From NCBI GenBank assembly GCA_964505475.1, contig CAZDIJ010000008.1:381-64380 (forward strand): a DNA stretch of 64,000 bases, read 5' to 3'. The translations under genes were made by a program, and so were the position numbers. Positions 17,840-25,145 of this stretch are shown one piece after another (within the stretch, counting starts at the first letter, position 1; every line of letters begins with the position of its first letter). A model generated the notes under the pieces. It ran no database searches, was not told where the DNA came from, and saw only the letters and a program-made list of their open reading frames with translations. This DNA comes from an uncultured Sulfuricella sp. (GTDB lineage Bacteria > Pseudomonadota > Gammaproteobacteria > Burkholderiales > Sulfuricellaceae).

Positions 17840-17854
17840 GTTGCACAATGCAAC
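17840..17854. promoter_or_regulatory. Perfect palindrome GTTGCA-CAA-TGCAAC, candidate enhancer-binding-protein site
   Basis: 6-bp arms with a 3-bp spacer, ~85-100 bp upstream of the candidate sigma54 promoter, in the intergenic region shared with the divergent kinase/regulator genes. Confidence 0.35.
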
Positions 17855-17964
17855 ACTCCATCTACAAAACCCCCTAACCCGCTATTCTTGCAGCGGAGAA
17901 TTGGACTGTTACATCTTTGACAGGCGATGTTTCATTTTGCAACGATTGCCGGTAAGATAGCGCC

Positions 17965-19464
17965 ATGAACTCCCTGCGCCGGAAAATCACCCTCGGCTAC
18001 TATGCGATCGGCACGTTGACCGTCGGACTTTCCCTGTTCGCCTTCGTCGAACTGCGTCTGATCGAGCAGAAAATCCTGGCGGGCGCCAAGGTGTACGAGT
18101 TCTTCGACGCCACCCTGGAAATGCGGCGCTTCGAGAAAAATCTCTTTCTTTACCACCAAGCCGTGGACCGGCGCGAACTTGACGCCTTCGTGGCGCGCGC
18201 CAATCAGCTTCTGCGCGACAATGCCGGCGAGTTCGCCCTGCTCGCCCCCCCCAAAAAAATCGCCGGACTGTCCGAGGAACTCGGCCGTTATGGGCAACTC
18301 GTGGCGGAATACTGGCGCAAGCAGGAAACCCACGCCGGAACCGCCGTGTTCATGGAAGCCGCCATCCGCGCCTCCGGCAAGGAAATCGTCACCCTCGCCG
18401 AAGACATCGCCCGCACCGAACGCGCCGACCTGCAAGGCTCCCTGGAACGGCACCGCATGAAACTGGTGTGGTCGATCGCCGCCCTGATCGCCCTGGTCGT
18501 GGTTGCCGGACAGGTTCTGGCGCGCATGGTGGCGCGCCCGCTCAAACAGATCGAGGACAGCATGGAAGCCATCGCCGGCGGACGCCTGGCCAAGCTCGAC
18601 ATTCATTCCGGCGACCGCGAAATCGCGTCGCTGACGGCGGCCTTCAATCACGTCATGCGTGAACTCGATCTGCGCCAGCGGCACCTGGTGCGCTCGGAAA
18701 AACTGGCCTCGCTGGGCACCATGCTGTCCGGCGTGGCGCACGAACTCAACAACCCGCTTTCGAACATCTCCACCTCCTGCCAGATACTCATCGAGGAAGG
18801 CGGCGAGGGCGACCCGGAATTCCAGCGCGAACTGCTTACCCAGATCGACGAACAAACCCAGCGCGCGCGCAACATCGTCCGCACTCTGCTCGACTTCGCC
18901 CGCGACCGCGACTTCAAGGCCGAAACCCTGCCCCTGGCGCCGCTGATCGAGGAAACCCTGGGCTTCATCAAGGGACAGCTTCCGGCGCGAGTCACCATTC
19001 ACCGCGACATTCCCGATCACCTGACGGTCGCCGCTGACAAGCAGCGCTTGCAACAAGCGCTCCTCAACCTCATCAAGAACGCCATCGAGGCGCAGGAGGG
19101 TAGCGGCGAGGTCGCTATCCGCGCCACGCGCCGCCTTCCTGGCGACATTCCCGCCGCCGAAGCCGCCTTCCTGCATTTCGGCGATTGCGACAGCCGCCGG
19201 GAAATGCTGGAAATCGAAATCCGCGACAGCGGCAGCGGCATCCCCGCCGAAATCCTGCCACGCATTTTCGACCCTTTCTTCACCACCAAGGATGTCGGCA
19301 AGGGATCGGGGCTGGGACTGTTCATCACCTTCGAAATCGTCGAGGAGCACGGCGGCTGCGTCGCGGTAGCCAGCGAGCCGGGAAAAGGCACGGCCTTCCG
19401 GGTGCGGCTGCCGGTTCATCTGCTGGAAAAACCCGGCTCAACCACGGGAAGCACGGGGAAATGA
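17965..19464 (+). CDS. Sensor histidine kinase (2 TM, periplasmic helical domain, HAMP, HisKA, HATPase)
   Basis: H-box ..SEKLASLGTMLSGVAHELNNPLSNI.., plus N and G boxes (..LLNLIKNAIEA.., ..DSGSGIP.., ..GKGSGLGL..). The last 9 codons and the stop lie inside a family-C repeat. Confidence 0.9.
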   Translation: MNSLRRKITLGYYAIGTLTVGLSLFAFVELRLIEQKILAGAKVYEFFDATLEMRRFEKNLFLYHQAVDRRELDAFVARANQLLRDNAGEFALLAPPKKIAGLSEELGRYGQLVAEYWRKQETHAGTAVFMEAAIRASGKEIVTLAEDIARTERADLQGSLERHRMKLVWSIAALIALVVVAGQVLARMVARPLKQIEDSMEAIAGGRLAKLDIHSGDREIASLTAAFNHVMRELDLRQRHLVRSEKLASLGTMLSGVAHELNNPLSNISTSCQILIEEGGEGDPEFQRELLTQIDEQTQRARNIVRTLLDFARDRDFKAETLPLAPLIEETLGFIKGQLPARVTIHRDIPDHLTVAADKQRLQQALLNLIKNAIEAQEGSGEVAIRATRRLPGDIPAAEAAFLHFGDCDSRREMLEIEIRDSGSGIPAEILPRIFDPFFTTKDVGKGSGLGLFITFEIVEEHGGCVAVASEPGKGTAFRVRLPVHLLEKPGSTTGSTGK

Positions 19465-19575
19465 TGGAGTTTCAACAGCGTATGAAGAATAGGCCGTGCA
19501 CCCGCCCGGCAAACGAAAGATATTCCAGCAACTGTTGGTTTCACGCTCTTTCCCCGTGCTCCCCGCGGCTCGAAT
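19439..19575. repeat. Family C repeat (AACCACGGGRAGCACGGGGAAA termini), variant copy
   Basis: Left end CAACCACGGGAAGCACGGGGAAATGATGGAGTT; right end TTTCCCCGTGCTCCCCGCGGCT. The internal ATGAAGAA block is shared with the copy at 29685. Confidence 0.65.
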
Positions 19576-19600
19576 ATAAAATTATGCATCAAAGGAAAAT

Positions 19601-19785
19601 ATGCCTATTAACCGTTTTCAGGTGATTGCCGGCCTCGGCGTGCTACTCCTTCCCCCGCGAGCGGGGGAAGGCTGGGATGGGGGCGACCGGCGGCGAACAA
19701 TTCGCCCCCTCCCCAACCCTCCCCCGCGCGCCTTGCGCGCAAGGGAGGGAGTAAGCGCGTTTACTGAAAACAGTTCACAGGCATG
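19601..19785. mobile_element. MITE-like element, family A, full length
   Basis: TIRs ATGCCTATTAACCGTTTTCAG / CTGAAAACAGTTCACAGGCAT. A perfect 9-bp direct duplication AAGGAAAAT flanks it (19592..19600 and 19786..19794). Confidence 0.85.
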
Positions 19786-19799
19786 AAGGAAAATGCAAC

Positions 19800-21155
19800 A
19801 TGGCTAACGGCAAACTGCTGATCGTGGACGACGAAAAGGTCGCCCTGAAAAACCTCGAACACGTGATGAAGAAGGAAGGCTATGAGGTCACCGCCACCCA
19901 GAGCGGCGCCAATGCGCTGGCACACCTAGAAAAGCAGCCTTTCGACGTGGTGCTGACCGACCTGCGCATGGAGAAGGTGGATGGCATGCAGGTTCTCAAA
20001 AAATGCCGCGACAATTTCCCGGACACCGAAGTGGTGCTGATTACCGGTTACGCCACCCTGGATTCGGCGGTGGAAGCGATGAAGCATGGGGCTTTCAGCT
20101 ATATCGCCAAGCCGTTCCGCCTCGACGAGGTGCGCAAGGTGGTGAGCGAAGCCCTGGAAAAAATCCGCCTGCGCCGCGAAAACCGCGAACTGCGCGAGCA
20201 GATCGACAGCTACCAGGGCAAGGTCAAGATCATCACCCAGGATCCCCACATGGAACGCCTGCTGGAAGTCGCGCGGCAGATCGCCCCGACCGATTGCAGC
20301 GTGCTGATCGTCGGCGAATCCGGCACCGGCAAGGAACTCTTCGCCCGCTATCTGCATTTCAACAGCACCCGCGCCGGCGGCCCGTTCCTGGCGGTCAACT
20401 GCGGCGCCTTCAACGAGGAACTGCTGGCCAACGAACTGTTCGGCCACGTCAAGGGCGCCTTCACCGGCGCCCACGGCGACAAGAAAGGACTGCTCGAAAC
20501 CGCCTCCGGCGGCACCCTGTTCCTCGACGAAGTCACGGAAATGCCGCTATCCATGCAGGTCAAGCTGCTGCGCGTGATCCAGGAACGGGAAATCCTCCCC
20601 CTCGGCGGCACCACCCCGATCAAGGTGGACGTGCGCTTCATCGCCGCCACCAACCGCGACATCCAGGAAACCGTGAAGAACGGCGACTTCCGCCAGGACC
20701 TGTATTTCCGCCTCAACGTCGTCAACCTGCTGGTTCCCCCGCTGGGCAAGCGGCGCGGCGACATCCCCCTGCTCGCCTACCATTTCCTGAAAAAAGCCGC
20801 CACCCTGATGAAAAAGCCGGTGGCCGAAATCTCCCCGGAAGCCATGGAGCTACTGAAAATCTACGATTTCCCCGGCAACGTCCGCGAACTGGAAAACATC
20901 ATCGAGCGCGGCGTCGCCATCGCCACCGGCGGCGTCATCGAAGCCGCCCATCTCCCCGACGATCTGCGCGACCTGACCATCCGCACCTTCAGAAAAAAGG
21001 AAGGCCGCATCCCCTCCCTGGAAGAACAGGAAAAGGACTACATCCAGTGGGTCTTGAGCGAAGCCAATGGCAACCAGACGCAGGCGGCGCAGATACTGGG
21101 AATCGACCGAGTGTCGCTATGGCGGAAACTGAAAAAATATCAGTTGGAAACGTAA
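19800..21155 (+). CDS. Sigma54-dependent response regulator (REC - AAA+ - Fis-type HTH), NtrC family
   Basis: REC domain (..LLIVDDE..DVVLTDLRM..), Walker A GESGTGKE, the GAFTGA sigma54-contact motif, and a C-terminal ..GNQTQAAQILGIDRVSLWRKLKK HTH. Confidence 0.92.
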   Translation: MANGKLLIVDDEKVALKNLEHVMKKEGYEVTATQSGANALAHLEKQPFDVVLTDLRMEKVDGMQVLKKCRDNFPDTEVVLITGYATLDSAVEAMKHGAFSYIAKPFRLDEVRKVVSEALEKIRLRRENRELREQIDSYQGKVKIITQDPHMERLLEVARQIAPTDCSVLIVGESGTGKELFARYLHFNSTRAGGPFLAVNCGAFNEELLANELFGHVKGAFTGAHGDKKGLLETASGGTLFLDEVTEMPLSMQVKLLRVIQEREILPLGGTTPIKVDVRFIAATNRDIQETVKNGDFRQDLYFRLNVVNLLVPPLGKRRGDIPLLAYHFLKKAATLMKKPVAEISPEAMELLKIYDFPGNVRELENIIERGVAIATGGVIEAAHLPDDLRDLTIRTFRKKEGRIPSLEEQEKDYIQWVLSEANGNQTQAAQILGIDRVSLWRKLKKYQLET

Positions 21156-21218
21156 CCGGCGCAACGCAATGAAATACCCCTAACGGGCATACCGAGCTGT
21201 CGCCCATAATAATGAATC

Positions 21219-21300
21219 TAGAAAATGCCGCTCACCTGGCGGGTGAACAGTCAATCTCTTTCAATGGGATATTTCTCTGATTTTTCCCCGTGGTTCAAAT
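21219..21300. repeat. Family C repeat, right-hand partial copy
   Basis: GAAAATGCCGCTCACCTGGCGGGTGAACAG...TTTTTCCCCGTGGTTCAAAT aligns with 29733..29814. Confidence 0.6.
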
Positions 21301-21354
21301 AAGGAAACGCCGGCTCGCCAGGCCATGGAGGACGAAACGACGGTCTGCACGTTC

Positions 21355-22017
21355 TCAGCGCAGGCTGATGACCGGCCAGCCGTGGATTTCCGCGTGGGAT
21401 TTGAGGGTGGGATCGGGATCGACCGCGACCGGGTGGCTGACCCGTTGCAGCAGCGGCAGGTCGTTGAGGGAATCGCTGTAAAAACGGCTGGTTTCCACCG
21501 CGCTCCAGCTTAGCCCCCGTTCGGCGAGGAAGCCGTCGAGGCGGGCAATCTTGCCTTCGCGGAAGCACGGCGTGCCCAGCACCCTGCCGGTGAATTCGCC
21601 GCCGGACTGTTCCGGCTCGGTGGCGATCAGGTGCGCCACCCCCAGTTCGCGGGCGATGGGGGCGGTGACGAAGCTGTTGGTGGCGGTGATGATGGCGGTC
21701 AGGCCGGCCTCGCGCAACGCTTCGGCAACCAGGGCGCGCGCCTTGGCGGCAATGATGGGGCGGATGCGGGTGCGCATGAATTCGGCGTGCCAGGCATCGA
21801 GCTGGCCGCGCGGGTGGCGCGACAGGGGTTTGAGCTGAAAGTCGAGGAACTCGTGGATGTCCAGGGTGCCGGCCTTGTACTGCTCATAAAACTCCAGGTT
21901 GCGCGCCTCGTACACTTCGCGGTCGAGCACGCCCTGGTCGATGAGGAACTGCGCCCACTCGAAGTCGCTGTCGCCGGACAGCAGCGTATTGTCCAGATCG
22001 AATAAAACCAGGTGCAC
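21355..22017 (-). CDS. HAD-IB family hydrolase (phosphoserine-phosphatase-like)
   Basis: Motif I FDLDNTL at the N-terminus, ..ITATN.. and ..YSDSLNDLPLL.. . GTG start at 22017 preceded by GGAGGA. The listed ORF start at 22095 adds 26 unlikely residues. Confidence 0.8.
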   Translation of the reverse strand: MHLVLFDLDNTLLSGDSDFEWAQFLIDQGVLDREVYEARNLEFYEQYKAGTLDIHEFLDFQLKPLSRHPRGQLDAWHAEFMRTRIRPIIAAKARALVAEALREAGLTAIITATNSFVTAPIARELGVAHLIATEPEQSGGEFTGRVLGTPCFREGKIARLDGFLAERGLSWSAVETSRFYSDSLNDLPLLQRVSHPVAVDPDPTLKSHAEIHGWPVISLR

Positions 22018-22090
22018 GAATCCTCCCCTTTCCTGACGGCTGTCATTTTTCAGGGCGCCAGTATAGCCTAAAATAAATTTGGTAAAGCAA

Positions 22091-22115
22091 TTCAACCACG
22101 GGGAGCACGGGGAAA
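22091..22115. repeat. Family C repeat terminus (solo)
   Basis: TTCAACCACGGGGAGCACGGGGAAA. Confidence 0.5.
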
Positions 22116-22207
22116 TCGCAAAGACTCGGAATTTCCCATCAACTGTGGGTGACGCCTTGATTTTTCAACCCCAGACGGATGGCATCCCGCCTGCGGGCGA
22201 GGGGCTT

Positions 22208-22295
22208 TACTCCCTTCTCCCGCAGGCGGGAGAAGGGCAGGGGATGAGGGCGTATAGGTGTATACGGAGCATCCTGAATATTGTTCACAGGCATG
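22208..22295. repeat. Family A element, right-hand partial copy
   Basis: ..CTCCCTTCTCCCGCAGGCGGGAGAAGGGCAGGGGATGAGGG..CCTGAATATTGTTCACAGGCATG matches the right half of the copy at 58187..58325. No left TIR. Confidence 0.6.
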
Positions 22296-22374
22296 TAAAG
22301 TAACGCAAAAAACAAGCGTTCAACTGAGGTTCAAGCATGTTGGCTTTCCCCGTGGTTGGCAATAGGATGAACAA

Positions 22375-23040
22375 ATGAACTTACCCGACCATCTGCTCCC
22401 CGATGCCTGGTACTGGGGCGGACATCTGCTGTTCGCGCCGGTCTTGGCGTGGGCGCTGTGGACCGCGCCGTGGCGGCTTCTCCGCGACGATCTCCGGCAA
22501 AATCTCTGGCTCGGCGCCTGCGTGGCGCTGATGGCGCTGTGGAGCATCAAGACCGGCATCCGCCCCGGCCTGAATTTCCATTTGCTGGGCGTCACCGTGG
22601 CGGCGCTGATGTTCCGCGCCCAACTCGCCATCGTCGCCGCCAGCGTCGCCACCGTGGCGGTTACCCTGGCGTCCGGCGCCGGCTGGCACGGGTTCTCCCT
22701 CAACGTCCTGACCATGGGCGCGCTGCCCGTCCTGCTCAGCTATGGGCTGTACCGGCTGGCCGACCGGGTATTGCCCAATCACCTGTTCATCTACATTTTC
22801 GTCAACGCCTTTCTCGGCGCGATGCTGGCGATGGCCGCGACCGGCCTGGCCTCCACCCTGACCTTGTTCCTCTCCGGCGCCTACGCCCTGGAATACCTCA
22901 AGGCCAACTACCTGCCCTACTATATCCTGATGGGCTGGTCGGAAGGCATTTCCACCGGCATGGCGATTACCCTGATGGTGATCTACCGGCCGGGGTGGGT
23001 CGCCACTTTCGACGACGCGCGCTACTTGAACGGGAAATAG
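22375..23040 (+). CDS. Polytopic inner-membrane protein (about 6-7 TM), function unknown (possibly CbiM/ECF-permease-like)
   Basis: 221-aa strongly hydrophobic protein with an ATG start, AGGA upstream and good third-position GC bias. It lies entirely antisense to the 3' extension of the kinase ORF 22381..24576. Confidence 0.6.
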   Translation: MNLPDHLLPDAWYWGGHLLFAPVLAWALWTAPWRLLRDDLRQNLWLGACVALMALWSIKTGIRPGLNFHLLGVTVAALMFRAQLAIVAASVATVAVTLASGAGWHGFSLNVLTMGALPVLLSYGLYRLADRVLPNHLFIYIFVNAFLGAMLAMAATGLASTLTLFLSGAYALEYLKANYLPYYILMGWSEGISTGMAITLMVIYRPGWVATFDDARYLNGK

Positions 23041-24567
23041 GCAGCCTGTTTCGGCGGGGGTGACGACGGTGAAGCGGGCGCCGCCCGCGCTGTTTTCCAC
23101 CGCGATGCGGCCGTCCATGCTGTGCTCGATAATCATTTTCGACATGTACAGGCCGATGCCGGTGCCTTTTTCCTTGGTGGTGAAATAGGGATCGAAAATC
23201 CGCGGCAATACCTCGGCGGGAATCCCGCCGGCATCGTCCTCGACCGTCACCTCGGCATGGCCGTCCCGGGAGGAGATGGCGATATGGATTACCCCGCCGA
23301 GGACGTTCCGTTCCTGGATGGCTTCCTTGGCATTGGTCAACAGATTGAGCAGCACCTGGGAATATTCGTTGCGGTAGCCGAAAGCCGTCACGCCCTCCTC
23401 CGCCTCCAGGGCGACCGCGATGTTGCCGTTCTTGAAGGCCGCCTCCAGGATGTTCAGGGCGTCGGCCACCGCCTCGTTGACGCTGAAGCGGTTTTTTTCC
23501 TTGTTGGGACGGAAGAAGTTGCGGAAATCATCGATGGTGGTGGACATCTTCTGGATGATGGTCTGGCCGCTGCGCACCGATTTATCGAGATAATCCTTAT
23601 CCAGTTCGTTGAATTCGTAGGCATCCTTGATGTTGGCCAGCAGCAGCGTCAGGGCGTTGATCGGCTGGCGCCACTGATGGGCGATGTTGCCGATCATCTC
23701 GCCGATCGCCGCCAGGCGCGACTGCTGGATCAACAGGTGATCCTTCTCGCGGTTCTTCGCCACTTCCTCCTGCACCCGCCGCTCCAGGGACTGGTTGAGC
23801 TGTTTGAGTTCCTCGGTGCGGCGCCTCACCGTTTCTTCCAGTCCGGCCTGGTTGTCGGCGAGCGCTGCCTCCCTTTCGCGGATAGCCAAAAGCATGGCGT
23901 TGAAGCCTTGCGCCAGCACGCCGAGTTCGTCGCTGCCGTGCACCTGCGCCTGCACCGAATAATCGTTTTTCCGCGTCACCCGCGTCATCGCCTCCACCAG
24001 GCTGTGGATGGGATCGCTGATGGCTTTTTGCAGGCGGATGAAGAGGAAGAACGCGAACGTCAGGGAAACCGCCATGGCGCCGGCGATCAGCGCCAGCTTG
24101 CGCAGGAATTCCCAATAGACCTCACGCAGGTCGGCTTGCAGGTAGAGGACGCCGACCGTTTCCCCGGCGTGCACCACGCTCTTGGCGTAGATCAACTGGT
24201 CGGAAAAAAACAGCGGCTCCTCCAGGGCGGGCAGGGCGGGCGGCAGCCTTCTTTGCCCCGGAATCTGAAATTGCGCCAGGATGTTGCCGCTTCTTCCCTG
24301 CAAGGCGGCGTAGACGATGGTGGTTTCGATGCCGAGCCGCGCCAGCACCCCTTGCGCGGCCTGCTCGTCGGAGAACATCAAGGCCGACGCGGCATTGTCG
24401 GCGATCACGCCGGCATGCACCGCCAGGGCGGTGGCGGCGCGCCCGCGGTACCCCGCCCACTCCCCCACGCCGAGCGCGGCGCTGAGCAGCACCACCGCCA
24501 GCCCATTGGTAATCAGGCCGATCAGCATCAGCTTGCGCTGGATGGGCAGGTTTCTGAACAGCTTCAT
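22381..24567 (-). CDS. Sensor histidine kinase (N-terminal TM sensor domain, HAMP, HisKA, HATPase) with an anomalous ~215-aa C-terminal read-through
   Basis: H-box ..IGNIAHQWRQPINAL.., HATPase ..LLNLLTNAKEAI..DDAGGIP..GTGIGLYMSK..GARFTVVTP. The catalytic domain ends near 23050, but the first in-frame stop is at 22381. ATG 24567 was chosen as start (a TTG at 24576 overlaps the upstream stop). Confidence 0.7.
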   Translation of the reverse strand: MKLFRNLPIQRKLMLIGLITNGLAVVLLSAALGVGEWAGYRGRAATALAVHAGVIADNAASALMFSDEQAAQGVLARLGIETTIVYAALQGRSGNILAQFQIPGQRRLPPALPALEEPLFFSDQLIYAKSVVHAGETVGVLYLQADLREVYWEFLRKLALIAGAMAVSLTFAFFLFIRLQKAISDPIHSLVEAMTRVTRKNDYSVQAQVHGSDELGVLAQGFNAMLLAIREREAALADNQAGLEETVRRRTEELKQLNQSLERRVQEEVAKNREKDHLLIQQSRLAAIGEMIGNIAHQWRQPINALTLLLANIKDAYEFNELDKDYLDKSVRSGQTIIQKMSTTIDDFRNFFRPNKEKNRFSVNEAVADALNILEAAFKNGNIAVALEAEEGVTAFGYRNEYSQVLLNLLTNAKEAIQERNVLGGVIHIAISSRDGHAEVTVEDDAGGIPAEVLPRIFDPYFTTKEKGTGIGLYMSKMIIEHSMDGRIAVENSAGGARFTVVTPAETGCLFPVQVARVVESGDPPRPVDHHQGNRHAGGNAFRPAHQDIVGQVVGLEVFQGVGAGEEQGQGGGQAGRGHRQHRAEKGVDENVDEQVIGQYPVGQPVQPIAEQDGQRAHGQDVEGEPVPAGAGRQGNRHGGDAGGDDGELGAEHQRRHGDAQQMEIQAGADAGLDAPQRHQRHAGAEPEILPEIVAEKPPRRGPQRPRQDRREQQMSAPVPGIGEQMVG

Positions 24568-24572
24568 CACGC

Positions 24573-25145
24573 TCAACGGTCTTGCTGGATGTCGACGATC
24601 CGCGCCAGCGACAGGAGTTTCGAACTAATTTTCAGACCGCCTTGGCGGGCGGCGTCGAGATTGATTTCAAAACGCACCTTGCCGTTTTCCGGGAAGAAAT
24701 TGACCATCACCCCGCGCTTGGCGTACCCCTCCGTGTCGGCCAGGGTCAACATGCCGGCGCCGCGCGACATGGCGGCAATGCGGTCGAGGTGCTTTTCCGC
24801 GGAAGCGGAGACGAACAGCATGGCGCAGTCATGAAGATCCGCCCCTGTGTCGAGCAGGCGGATTTCCATTTTCCGTTCGTTGACCGGCTTGCCGCGAATG
24901 CTCTCCAGCGCCGCCCCGAAGGGATTGCCGCCGAGCACGCAAAGGCGTAGCGGCGCATTGGGCTGCGGCCACTCGACGAATTTGGCGATCTGGTAGATGA
25001 ACGCCGCCTTGAGTTCGTATTCGGCGGGACCGGCGTGCGCCGGCGCCAGCGCCAGGAACAGCATGAATCCGCCCAGCCAGCGGACTCCGGCGATGGCGGC
25101 GCGAATGCCGGCCGGCGGTGCGGCGCGCGTGCTCAAAAACGCCAT
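24573..25145 (-). CDS. YfiR-like periplasmic protein (DUF4154)
   Basis: Signal peptide ..FMLFLALAPAHA, then ..EYELKAAFIYQIAKFVEWP.. and ..VRFEINLDAARQGGLKISSKLLSLA.., as recalled for the YfiR family. Confidence 0.75.
   Translation of the reverse strand: MAFLSTRAAPPAGIRAAIAGVRWLGGFMLFLALAPAHAGPAEYELKAAFIYQIAKFVEWPQPNAPLRLCVLGGNPFGAALESIRGKPVNERKMEIRLLDTGADLHDCAMLFVSASAEKHLDRIAAMSRGAGMLTLADTEGYAKRGVMVNFFPENGKVRFEINLDAARQGGLKISSKLLSLARIVDIQQDR

Noticed and set aside
21281-21300. tRNA-like T-arm string GGTTCAAAT in family C repeat termini (also at 29805..29814)
   Set aside because: No complementary T-stem, acceptor stem or anticodon arm could be folded around it. It is the conserved end of a repeat.
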